A program made the position numbers and the translations under genes. Positions 1 through 14,900 of a stretch of DNA of 64,000 bases are shown here, one piece after another (position 1 is the first letter of the stretch; each line of letters begins with the position of its first letter). The notes beneath the pieces were generated by a model. The model was given only the letters and a program-made list of their open reading frames with translations, searched no databases and was not told the origin of the DNA. The DNA lies in assembly GCA_964016885.1 (NCBI GenBank), contig OZ024741.1, positions 356,934,001 through 356,998,000 on the forward strand. Reading direction: 5' to 3'. This DNA is from Eledone cirrhosa. Taxonomy: Eukaryota.

Positions 1-3000
1 ACTGTTACACAGTCTTCACCATTACCATCAAGACCCCTACTGTTACACAGTCTTTACCACTACTATCAAGACCCCTACTGTTCCACAGACTTCACCACTA
101 CCATCAAGACTCCTGCTGTTCCACAGTCTTCACCACTACCATCAAGATCCCTACTGTTATACAGTCTTCACCACTACCATCAAGACCCCTATTGTTACAC
201 AGTCTTCACCACTACCATCAAGACCCCTACTGTTACACAGTCTTCACTGCTACCATCAAGACCCATACTGTTACACATTCTTCACTACTACCATTAAGAC
301 CCCTACTGTAACACAGTCTTCACCACTACCATCAAGACCCCTACTGTTCCACAGACTTCACCACTACCATCAAGACTCCTGCTGTTCCACAGTCTTCACC
401 ACTACCGTCAAGATCCCTACTGTTATACAGTCTTCACCACTACCATCAAGACTCCTACCATTACAGTCTTCACCATTACCATCAAGACCCCTACTGTTAC
501 ACAGTCTTCACCATTACCATCAAGACTCCTACTGTTACACAGTCTTCACCACTAGCATCAAGACTCCTGCCGTTACACAGTCTTCACCATTACCATCAAG
601 ACCCCTACTGTTACAGAGTCTTCACCACTACCATCAAGACCCCTACTGTTACACAGTCTTCACCACTACCATCAAGACTCCTACTGTTAAACAGTCTTCA
701 CCACTGCCATCAAGACTCCTACTGTTACACAGTCTTCACCACTACCATCAAGACCCCTACTGTTACACAGTCTTCACCACTACCATCAAGACTCCTACTG
801 TTACACAGTCTTCACCACTACCATCAATACCCCTACTGTTACACAGTCTTCACCTCTACCATCGAGACCCCTACTGTTCCACTGTCTTCACCACTGCCAT
901 CAAGAACCCTACTGTTCCACAGTCTTCACCACTACCATCAAGACCCCTACTGTTACAGTCTTCACCATTACCATCAAGTCTCCTACTGTTACACAGTCTT
1001 CACCACTACCATCAAGACCCCTGCTGCAATACAGTCTTTACCACTACCATCAATACCCCTACTGTTACACAGTCTTCAACATTACCATCAAGACCCCTAC
1101 TGTTCCACAGTCTTCACTACTACCATCAAGACCCCTACTGTTACACAGTCTTCACCACTACCATCAAGACCCTACTGTTACATAGTCTTCACCATTACCA
1201 ACAAGACTCCTACTGTTCCACAGTCTTCACCACTACCATCAAGACCCCTACTGTTACAGTCTTCACCATTACCATCAAGTCTCCTACTGTTACACAGTCT
1301 TCACCACTACCATCAAGACCCCTGCTGCAACACAGTCTTTACCACTACCATCAATACCCCTACTGTTACACAGTCTTCAACATTACCATCAAGAGCCCTA
1401 TTGTTCCACAGTCTTCACTACTACCATCAAGACCCCTACTGTTACACAGTCTTCACCACTGCCATCAAGACCCTACTGTTACACAGTCTTCACCGCTATC
1501 ATCAAGACCCCTACTGTTACACAGTCTTCACTACTACCATCAAGAGCCCTACTGTTCCACAGTCTTCACTACTACGATCAAGACCCCTACTGTTACACAG
1601 TCTTCACCACTACCATCAAGACTCCTACTGTTACACAGTCTTCACCACTGCCATCAAGACTCATACTGTTACACAGTCTTCACCACTACCATCAAGACCC
1701 CTACTGTTACACAGTCTTCACTGCTACCATCAAGACCCATACTGTTACACATTCTTCACTACTACCATTAAGACCCCTACTGTAACACAGTCTTTACCAC
1801 TACTATCAAGACCCCTACTGTTCCACAGACATCACCACTACCATCAAGACTCCTGCTGTTCCACAGTCTTCACCACTACCATCAAGATCCCTACTGTTAT
1901 ACAGTCTTCACCACTACCATCAAGACTCATACTGTTACACAGTCTTCACCATTACCATCAAGACCCCTACTGTTACACAGTCTTCACCATTACCATCAAG
2001 ACCCCTACTGTTACACAGTCTTCACCATTACCATCAAGACTCCTACTTTTACACAGTCTTCACCACTAGCATCAAGACTCCTGCCGTTACACAGTCTTCA
2101 CCATTACCATCAAGACCCCTACTGTTACAGAGTCTTCACCACTACCATCAAGACCCCTACTGTTACACAGTCTTCACCACTACCATCAAGACTCCTACTG
2201 TTAAACAGTCTTCACCACTGCCATCAAGACTCCTACTGTTACACAGTCTTCACCACTACCATCAAGACCCCTACTGTTACACAGTCTTCACCACTACCAT
2301 CAAGACCCCTACTGTTACACAGTCTTCACCACTACCATCAAGACTCCTACTGTTACACAGTCTTCACCACTACCATCAATACCCCTACTGTTACACAGTC
2401 TTCACCTCTACCATCGAGACCCCTACTGTTCCACAGTCTTCACCACTGCCATCAAGACCCCTACTGTTACACAGTCTCCACCACTACCATCAAGACTCCT
2501 ACTGTTACACAGTCTTCACCATTACCATCAAGACCCCTACTGTTACACAGTCTTCGCCACTACCATCAAGATACTACAGTTACACTGTCTTCACCACTAC
2601 GATCAAGACCCCTTCTGCTCCACAGTCTTCACCACTGCCATCAAGACTCCTACTGTTACACAGTCTTCACCGCTACCATCAAGACCCATACTGTTACACA
2701 GTCTTCACCACTGCCATCAAGACCCCTACTGTTACACAGTCTTCACCACTGCCATCAAGAACCCTACTGTTACACAGTCTTCACCACTGCCATCAAGACC
2801 CCTACTGTTACACAGTCTTCACCACTGCCATCAAGAACCCTACTGTTACACAGTCTTCACCACTGCCATCAGGACTCCTACTGTTACACAGTCTTCACCA
2901 CTACCATCAAGACTCCGACTGTTACTCAGTCTTCACCACTACCATCAGGACCCCTACTGTTACACAGTCTTCACCACTACCATCAAGACTCCTACTGTTA

Positions 3001-5999
3001 CACAGTCTTCACCACTGCCATCAAGACTCCTACTGTTACACAGTCTTCACCACTACCATCAAGACTCCTACTGTTACACAGTCTTCACCACTACCATCAA
3101 GACTCATACTGTTACACAGTCTTCACCACTGCCATCAAGACTCCTACTGTTACACAGTCTTCACCACTACCATCAAGACCCCTACTGTTACACAGTCTTC
3201 ACCACTGCCATCAAGACTCCTACTGTTACACAGTCTTCACCACTACCATCAAGACTCCTACTGTTACACAGTCTTCACCACTACCATCAAGACTCATACT
3301 GTTACACAGTCTTCACCACTACCATCAAGACTCCTACTGTTACACAGTCTTCACCACTACCATCAAGACTCCTACTGTTACACAGTCTTCACCACTGCCA
3401 TCAAGACTCCTACTGTTACACAGTCTTCACCACTGCCATCTAGACTCCTACTGTTACACAGTCTTCACCACTACCATCAAGACTCCTACTGTTACACAGT
3501 CTTCACCACTGCCATCTAGACTCCTACTGTTACACAGTCTTCACCACTACCATCAAGACTCCTACTGTTACGCAGTCTTCACCACTGCCATCAAGACTCC
3601 TACTGTTACACAGTCTTCACCACTGCCATCAAGACTCCTACTGTTATGCAGTCTTCACCACTGCCATCAAGACTCCTACTGTTACACAGTCTTCACCACT
3701 ACCATCAAGACTCCTACTGTTATGCAGTCTTCACCACTGCCATCAAGACTCCTACTGTTACACAGTCTTCACCACTGCCATGTAGACTCCTACTGTTACA
3801 CAGTCTTCACCACTACCATCAAGACTCCTACTGTTACACAGTCTTCACCACTGCTATCTAGACTCCTACTGTTACACAGTCTTCACCACTAGCATCAAGA
3901 CCCCTACTGTTACACAGTCTTCACCATTATCATCAAAACCCCTACTGTTACACAGTCTTCACCACTACCATCAAGACTCCTACTGTTACACAGTCTTCAC
4001 CACTGCCATCAAGACTCCTACTGTTCCACAGTCTTCACCATTACCATCAAGACCCCCTACTGTTCCACAGTCTTCACCATTACCATCAAGACCCCTACTG
4101 TTCCACAGTCTTCACCACTACCATCAACATCCCTACTGTTCCACAGTCTTCACAACCACCATCAAGACCCCTACGGTTACACAGTCTTCACCACTGCCAT
4201 CAAGACCCCTACTGTTACACAGTCTTCACCACTACCATCAAGACCCCTACTGTTACACAGTCTTCACCACTACCATCAAGACTCCTACTGTTACACAGTC
4301 TTCACCACTACCATCAAGACCCCTACTGTTACACAGTCTTCACCACTACCATAAAGACCCCTACTGTTCCACAGTCTTCACCACTGCCATCAAGACTCCT
4401 ACTGTTACACAGTCTCCACCACTACCATCAAGACCCCTACTGTTACACAGTCTCCACCACTACCATCAAGACTCCTACTGTTACACAGTCTTCACCACTA
4501 CCATCAAGACTCCTACTGTTACACAGTCTTCACCACTACCATCAAGACCCCTACTGTTACAAAGTCTTCACCACTACCATCAAGACCCCTACTGTTACAA
4601 AGTCTTCACCACTACCATCAAGACTCCTACTGTTACACAGTCTTCACCACTACCATCAAGACCCCTACTGTTACACAGTCTTCACCACTACCATCAAGAC
4701 CCCTACTGTTCCACAGTCTTCACCACTGCCATCAAGACTCCTACTGTTACACAGTCTTCACCATTACCATCAAGACCCCTACTGTTACACAGTCTTCACC
4801 ACTGCCATCAAGACCCCTACGGTTCCGCAGTCTTCACCACTACCATCAAGACTCCTACTGTTACACAGTCTTCACCACTACCATCAAGACCCCTACTGTT
4901 CGACAGTCTTCACCACTACCATCAAGACTCCTACTGTTACACAGTCTTCACCACTGCCATCAAGACTCCTACTGTTACACAGTCTTCACCACTACCATCA
5001 AGACTCCTACTGTTACACAGTCTTCACCACTACCATCAAGACCCCTGCTGCAACACAGTCTTTACCACTACCATCAAGACCCCTACTGTTCCACAGTCTT
5101 CAGTACTACCATCAAGACCCTACTGTTACACAGTCTTCACCATTACCATCAAGACTCCTACTGTTACACAGTCTTCACCACTACCATCAAGACCCCTACT
5201 GTTAAACAGTCTTCACCACTACCATCATGACTCCTACTGTTACACAGTCTTCACCACTACCATCAAGACCCCTACTGTTAAACAGTCTTCACCACTGCCA
5301 TCAAGACTCCTACTGTTACACAGTCTTCACCACTACCATCAAGACCCCTACTGTTACACAGTCTTCACCACTACCATCAAGACCCCTACTGTTAAACAGT
5401 CTTCACCACTGCCATCAAGACTCCTACTGTTACACAGTCTTCACCACTACCATCAAGACCCCTACTGTTACACAGTCTTCAGCACTACCATCAAGACCCC
5501 TACTGTTAAACAGTCTTCACCACTACCATCAAGACCCCTACTGTTAAACAGTCTTCACCACTACCATCAAGACTCCTACTGTTACACAGTCTTCACCACT
5601 ACCATCAAGACCCCTACTGTTAAACAGTCTTCACCACTGCCATCAAGACTCCTACTGTTACACAGTCTTCACCACTACCATCAAGACCCCTACTGTTACA
5701 CAGTCTTCACCACTACCATCAAGACCCCTACTGTTAAACAGTCTTCACCACTGCCATCAAGACTCCTACTGTTACACAGTCTTCACCACTACCATCAAGA
5801 CCCCTACTGTTACACAGTCTTCACCACTACCATCAAGACCCCTACTGTTAAACAGTCTTCACCACTACCATCAAGACCCCTACTGTTACACAGTCTTCAC
5901 CACTACCATCAAGACCCCTACTGTTACACAGTCTTCACCACTGCCATCAAGACCCCTACTGTTACACAGTCTTCACCACTGCCATCAAGACTCCTACTG

Positions 6000-8900
6000 T
6001 TACATAGTCTTCACCACTACCATCAAGACCCCTACTGTTACACATTGTTCACCATTACCATCAAGATCCCTACTGTTACACAGTCTTCACCATTACCATC
6101 AAGACCCATACTGTTACACAGTCTTCACTACTACCATCAAGAGCCCTACTGTTACAGAGTCTTCACCATTACCATCAAGACCCCTACTGTTACACAGTCT
6201 TCACCATTACCATCAAGACCCCTACTGTTACACAGTCTTTACCACTACTATCAAGACCCCTACTGTTCCACAGACTTCACCACTACCATCAAGACTCCTG
6301 CTGTTCCACAGTCTTCACCACTACCATCAAGATCCCTACTGTTATACAGTCTTCACCACTACCATCAAGACTCCTACTGTTACACAGTCTTCACCTCTAC
6401 CATCAAGACCCCTACTGTTACACAGTCTTCACCACTACCATCAAGACTCCTACTGTTACACAGTCTTCACCACTGCCATCAAGACTCCTACTGTTACACA
6501 GTCTTCACCATTACCATCAAGACCCCTATTGTTACACAGTCTTCACCACTACCATCAAGACCCCTACTGTTACACAGTCTTCACTGCTACCATCAAGACC
6601 CATACTGTTACACATTCTTCACTACTACCATTAAGACCCCTACTGTAACACAGTCTTCACCACTACCATCAAGACCCCTACTGTTCCACAGACTTCACCA
6701 CTACCATCAAGACTCCTGCTGTTCCACAGTCTTCACCACTACCGTCAAGATCCCTACTGTTATACAGTCTTCACCACTACCATCAAGACTCCTACCATTA
6801 CAGTCTTCACCATTACCATCAAGACCCCTACTGTTACACAGTCTTCACCATTACCATCAAGACTCCTACTGTTACACAGTCTTCACCACTAGCATCAAGA
6901 CTCCTGCCGTTACACAGTCTTCACCATTACCATCAAGACCCCTACTGTTACAGAGTCTTCACCACTACCATCAAGACCCCTACTGTTACACAGTCTTCAC
7001 CACTACCATCAAGACTCCTACTGTTAAACAGTCTTCACCACTGCCATCAAGACTCCTACTGTTACACAGTCTTCACCACTACCATCAAGACCCCTACTGT
7101 TACACAGTCTTCACCACTACCATCAAGACTCCTACTGTTACACAGTCTTCACCACTACCATCAATACCCCTACTGTTACACAGTCTTCACCTCTACCATC
7201 GAGACCCCTACTGTTCCACAGTCTTCACCACTGCCATCAAGAACCCTACTTTTCCACAGTCTTCACCACTACCATCAAGACCCCTACTGTTACAGTCTTC
7301 ACCATTACCATCAAGACTCCTACTGTTACACAGTCTTCACCACTACCATCAAGACCCCTGCTGCAATACAGTCTTTACCACTACCATCAATACCCCTACT
7401 GTTACACAGTCTTCAACATTACCATCAAGACCCCTACTGTTCCACAGTCTTCACTACTACCATCAAGACCCCTACTGTCACACAGTCTTCACCACTGCCA
7501 TCAAGACCCTACTGTTACATAGTCTTCACCATTACCATCAAGACTCCTACTGTTACACAGTCTTCACCACTACCATCAAGACCCCTGCTGCAACACAGTC
7601 TTTACCACTACCATCAATACCCCTACTGTTACACAGTCTTCAACATTACCATCAAGACCCCTATTGTTCCACAGTCTTCGCTACTACCATCAAGACCCCT
7701 ACTGTTACACAGTCTTCACCACTGCCATCAAGACCCTACTGTTACACAGTCTTCACCGCTATCATCAAGACCCCTACTGTTACACAGTCTTCACTACTAC
7801 CATCAAGAGCCCTACTGTTCCACAGTCTTCACTACTACGATCAAGACCCCTACTGTTACACAGTCTTCACCACTACCATCAAGACTCCTACTGTTACACA
7901 GTCTTCACCACTGCCATCAAGACTCATACTGTTACACAGTCTTCACCATTACCATCAAGACTCCTACTGTTACACAGTCTTCACCATTACCATCAAGACC
8001 CCTATTGTTACACAGTCTTCACCACTACCATCAAGACCCCTACTGTTACACAGTCTTCACTGCTACCATCAAGACCCATACTGTTACACATTCTTCACTA
8101 CTACCATTAAGACCCCTACTGTAACACAGTCTTTACCACTACTATCAAGACCCCTACTGTTCCACAGACATCACCACTACCATCAAGACTCCTGCTGTTC
8201 CACAGTCTTCACCACTACCATCAAGATCCCTACTGTTATACAGTCTTCACCACTACCATCAAGACTCCTACCGTTACACAGTCTTCACCACTACCATCAA
8301 GACCCCTACTGTTACACAGTCTTCACCATTACCATCAAGACTCCTACTGTTACACAGTCTTCACCACTAGCATCAAGACTCCTGCCGTTACACAGTCTTC
8401 ACCATTACCATCAAGACCCCTACTGTTACAGAGTCTTCACCGCTACCATCAAGACCCCTACTGTTCCACAGTCTTCACCACTACCATCAAGACTCCTACT
8501 GTTACGCAGTCTTCACCACTATCATCAAAACCCCTACTGTTACACAGTCTTCACCACTACCATCAAGACCCCTACTGTTACACAATCTTCACTACTACCA
8601 TCAAGACCCCTACTGTTACACAGTCTTCACCACTACCATCAAGACTCCTACTGTTACACAGTCTTCACCATTACCATCAAGACCCCTACTGTTCCACAGT
8701 CTTCACCACTACCATCAACATCCCTACTGTTCCACAGTCTTCACAACCACCATCAAGACCCCTACGGTTACACAGTCTTGACCACTACCATCAAGACACC
8801 TACTGTTACACAGTCTTCACCACTGCCATCAAGACTCCTACTGTTACACAGTCTTCACCACTACCATCAAGACCCCTACTGTTCCACAGTCTTCACCACT

Positions 8901-11900
8901 GCCATCAAGACTCCTACTGTTACACAGTCTTCACCACTGCCATCAAGACCCCTACTGTTACACAGTCTTCACCACTACCATCAAGACCCCTACTGTTAAA
9001 CAGTCTTCACCACTACCATCAAGACTCCTACTGTTACACAGTCTTCACCACTACCATCAAGACCCCTACTGTTAAACAGTCTTCACCACTGCCATCAAGA
9101 CTCCTACTGTTACACAGTCTTCACCACTACCATCAAGACCCCTACTGTTACACAGTCTTCACCACTACCATCAAGACCCCTACTGTTAAACAGTCTTCAC
9201 CACTGCCATCAAGACTCCTACTGTTACACAGTCTTCACCACTACCATCAAGACCCCTACTGTTACACAGTCTTCACCACTACCATCAAGACCCCTACTGT
9301 TAAACAGTCTTCACCACTACCATCAAGACCCCTACTGTTACACAGTCTTCACCACTACCATCAAGACCCCTACTGTTACACAGTCTTCACCACTGCCATC
9401 AAGACCCCTACTGTTAAACAGTCTTCACCACTGCCATCAAGACTCCTACTGTTACATAGTCTTCACCACTACCATCAAGACCCCTACTGTTACACATTGT
9501 TCACCATTACCATCAAGATCCCTACTGTTACACAGTCTTCACCATTACCATCAAGACCCATACTGTTACACAGTCTTCACTACTACCATCAAGAGCCCTA
9601 CTGTTACACAGTCTTCACCATTACCATCAAGACCCCTACTGTTACACAGTCTTCACCATTACCATCAAGACCCCTACTGTTACACAGTCTTTACCACTAC
9701 TATCAAGACCCCTACTGTTCCACAGACTTCACCACTACCATCAAGACTCCTGCTGTTCCACAGTCTTCACCACTACCATCAAGATCCCTACTGTTATACA
9801 GTCTTCACCACTACCATCAAGACTCCTACTGTTACACAGTCTTCACCTCTACCATCAAGACCCCTACTGTTCCACAGACTTCACCACTACCATCAAGACT
9901 CCTGCTGTTCCACAGTCTTCACCACTACCCTCAAGATCCCTACTGTTATACAGTCTTCACCACTACCATCAAGACTCCTACCATTACAGTCTTCACCATT
10001 ACCATCAAGACCCCTACTGTTACACAGTCTTCACCATTACCATCAAGACTCCTACTGTTACACAGTCTTCACCACTAGCATCAAGACTCCTGCCGTTACA
10101 CAGTCTTCACCATTACCATCAAGACCCCTACTGTTACAGAGTCTTCACCACTACCATCAAGACCCCTACTGTTACACAGTCTTCACCACTGCCATCAAGA
10201 CTCCTACTGTTACACAGTCTTCACCACTACCATCAAGACCCCTACTGTTACACAGTCTTCACCACTACCATCAAGACTCCTACTGTTACACAGTCTTCAC
10301 CACTACCATCAATACCCCTACTGTTACACAGTCTTCACCTCTACCATCGAGACCCCTACTGTTCCACAGTCTTCACCACTGCCATCAAGAACCCTACTGT
10401 TCCACAGTCTTCACCGCTACCATCAAGACCCCTACTGTTACAGTCTTCACCATTACCATCAAGACTCCTACTGTTACACAGTCTTCACCACTACCATCAA
10501 GACCCCTGCTGCAATACAGTCTTTACCACTACCATCAATACCCCTACTGTTACACAGTCTTCAACATTACCATCGAGACCCCTACTGTTCCACAGTCTTC
10601 ACTACTACCATCAAGACCCCTACTGTCACACAGTCTTCACCACTGCCATCAAGACCCTACTGTTACATAGTCTTCACCATTACCATCAAGACTCCTACTG
10701 TTACACAGTCTTCACCACTACCATCAAGACCCCTGCTGCAACACAGTCTTTACCACTACCATCAATACCCCTACTGTTACACAGTCTTCAACATTACCAT
10801 CAAGACCCCTATTGTTCCACAGTCTTCGCTACTACCATCAAGACCCCTACTGTTACACAGTCTTCACCACTGCCATCAAGACCCCTACTGTTCCACAGAC
10901 TTCACCACTACCATCAAGACTCCTGCTGTTCCACAGTCTTCACCACTACCGTCAAGATCCCTACTGTTATACAGTCTTCACCACTACCATCAAGACTCCT
11001 ACCATTACAGTCTTCACCATTACCATCAAGACCCCTACTGTTACACAGTCTTCACCATTACCATCAAGACTCCTACTGTTACACAGTCTTCACCACTAGC
11101 ATCAAGACTCCTGCCGTTACACAGTCTTCACCATTACCATCAAGACCCCTACTGTTACAGAGTCTTCACCACTACCATCAAGACCCCTACTGTTACACAG
11201 TCTTCACCACTACCATCAAGACTCCTACTGTTAAACAGTCTTCACCACTGCCATCAAGACTCCTACTGTTACACAGTCTTCACCACTACCATCAAGACCC
11301 CTACTGTTACACAGTCTTCACCACTACCATCAAGACTCCTACTGTTACACAGTCTTCACCACTACCATCAATACCCCTACTGTTACACAGTCTTCACCTC
11401 TACCATCGAGACCCCTACTGTTCCACAGTCTTCACCACTGCCATCAAGAACCCTACTTTTCCACAGTCTTCACCACTACCATCAAGACCCCTACTGTTAC
11501 AGTCTTCACCATTACCATCAAGACTCCTACTGTTACACAGTCTTCACCACTACCATCAAGACCCCTGCTGCAATACAGTCTTTACCACTACCATCAATAC
11601 CCCTACTGTTACACAGTCTTCAACATTACCATCAAGACCCCTACTGTTCCACAGTCTTCACTACTACCATCAAGACCCCTACTGTCACACAGTCTTCACC
11701 ACTGCCATCAAGACCCTACTGTTACATAGTCTTCACCATTACCATCAAGACTCCTACTGTTACACAGTCTTCACCACTACCATCAAGACCCCTGCTGCAA
11801 CACAGTCTTTACCACTACCATCAATACCCCTACTGTTACACAGTCTTCAACATTACCATCAAGACCCCTATTGTTCCACAGTCTTCGCTACTACCATCAA

Positions 11901-14900
11901 GACCCCTACTGTTACACAGTCTTCACCACTGCCATCAAGACCCTACTGTTACACAGTCTTCACCGCTATCATCAAGACCCCTACTGTTACACAGTCTTCA
12001 CTACTACCATCAAGAGCCCTACTGTTCCACAGTCTTCACTACTACGATCAAGACCCCTACTGTTACACAGTCTTCACCACTACCATCAAGACTCCTACTG
12101 TTACACAGTCTTCACCACTGCCATCAAGACTCATACTGTTACACAGTCTTCACCATTACCATCAAGACTCCTACTGTTACACAGTCTTCACCATTACCAT
12201 CAAGACCCCTATTGTTACACAGTCTTCACCACTACCATCAAGACCCCTACTGTTACACAGTCTTCACTGCTACCATCAAGACCCATACTGTTACACATTC
12301 TTCACTACTACCATTAAGACCCCTACTGTAACACAGTCTTTACCACTACTATCAAGACCCCTACTGTTCCACAGACATCACCACTACCATCAAGACTCCT
12401 GCTGTTCCACAGTCTTCACCACTACCATCAAGATCCCTACTGTTATACAGTCTTCACCACTACCATCAAGACTCCTACCGTTACACAGTCTTCACCACTA
12501 CCATCAAGACCCCTACTGTTACACAGTCTTCACCATTACCATCAAGACTCCTACTGTTACACAGTCTTCACCACTAGCATCAAGACTCCTGCCGTTACAC
12601 AGTCTTCACCATTACCATCAAGACCCCTACTGTTACAGAGTCTTCACCGCTACCATCAAGACCCCTACTGTTCCACAGTCTTCACCACTACCATCAAGAC
12701 TCCTACTGTTACGCAGTCTTCACCACTATCATCAAAACCCCTACTGTTACACAGTCTTCACCACTACCATCAAGACCCCTACTGTTACACAATCTTCACT
12801 ACTACCATCAAGACCCCTACTGTTACACAGTCTTCACCACTACCATCAAGACTCCTACTGTTACACAGTCTTCACCATTACCATCAAGACCCCTACTGTT
12901 CCACAGTCTTCACCACTACCATCAACATCCCTACTGTTCCACAGTCTTCACAACCACCATCAAGACCCCTACGGTTACACAGTCTTGACCACTACCATCA
13001 AGACACCTACTGTTACACAGTCTTCACCACTGCCATCAAGACTCCTACTGTTACACAGTCTTCACCACTACCATCAAGACCCCTACTGTTCCACAGTCTT
13101 CACCACTGCCATCAAGACTCCTACTGTTACACAGTCTTCACCACTGCCATCAAGACCCCTACTGTTACACAGTCTTCACCACTACCATCAAGACCCCTAC
13201 TGTTAAACAGTCTTCACCACTACCATCAAGACTCCTACTGTTACACAGTCTTCACCACTACCATCAAGACCCCTACTGTTAAACAGTCTTCACCACTGCC
13301 ATCAAGACTCCTACTGTTACACAGTCTTCACCACTACCATCAAGACCCCTACTGTTACACAGTCTTCACCACTACCATCAAGACCCCTACTGTTAAACAG
13401 TCTTCACCACTGCCATCAAGACTCCTACTGTTACACAGTCTTCACCACTACCATCAAGACCCCTACTGTTACACAGTCTTCACCACTACCATCAAGACCC
13501 CTACTGTTAAACAGTCTTCACCACTACCATCAAGACCCCTACTGTTACACAGTCTTCACCACTACCATCAAGACCCCTACTGTTACACAGTCTTCACCAC
13601 TGCCATCAAGACCCCTACTGTTAAACAGTCTTCACCACTGCCATCAAGACTCCTACTGTTACATAGTCTTCACCACTACCATCAAGACCCCTACTGTTAC
13701 ACATTGTTCACCATTACCATCAAGATCCCTACTGTTACACAGTCTTCACCATTACCATCAAGACCCATACTGTTACACAGTCTTCACTACTACCATCAAG
13801 AGCCCTACTGTTACACAGTCTTCACCATTACCATCAAGACCCCTACTGTTACACAGTCTTCACCATTACCATCAAGACCCCTACTGTTACACAGTCTTTA
13901 CCACTACTATCAAGACCCCTACTGTTCCACAGACTTCACCACTACCATCAAGACTCCTGCTGTTCCACAGTCTTCACCACTACCATCAAGATCCCTACTG
14001 TTATACAGTCTTCACCACTACCATCAAGACTCCTACTGTTACACAGTCTTCACCTCTACCATCAAGACCCCTACTGTTCCACAGACTTCACCACTACCAT
14101 CAAGACTCCTGCTGTTCCACAGTCTTCACCACTACCCTCAAGATCCCTACTGTTATACAGTCTTCACCACTACCATCAAGACTCCTACCATTACAGTCTT
14201 CACCATTACCATCAAGACCCCTACTGTTACACAGTCTTCACCATTACCATCAAGACTCCTACTGTTACACAGTCTTCACCACTAGCATCAAGACTCCTGC
14301 CGTTACACAGTCTTCACCATTACCATCAAGACCCCTACTGTTACAGAGTCTTCACCACTACCATCAAGACCCCTACTGTTACACAGTCTTCACCACTGCC
14401 ATCAAGACTCCTACTGTTACACAGTCTTCACCACTACCATCAAGACCCCTACTGTTACACAGTCTTCACCACTACCATCAAGACTCCTACTGTTACACAG
14501 TCTTCACCACTACCATCAATACCCCTACTGTTACACAGTCTTCACCTCTACCATCGAGACCCCTACTGTTCCACAGTCTTCACCACTGCCATCAAGAACC
14601 CTACTGTTCCACAGTCTTCACCGCTACCATCAAGACCCCTACTGTTACAGTCTTCACCATTACCATCAAGACTCCTACTGTTACACAGTCTTCACCACTA
14701 CCATCAAGACCCCTGCTGCAATACAGTCTTTACCACTACCATCAATACCCCTACTGTTACACAGTCTTCAACATTACCATCGAGACCCCTACTGTTCCAC
14801 AGTCTTCACTACTACCATCAAGACCCCTACTGTCACACAGTCTTCACCACTGCCATCAAGACCCTACTGTTACATAGTCTTCACCATTACCATCAAGACT

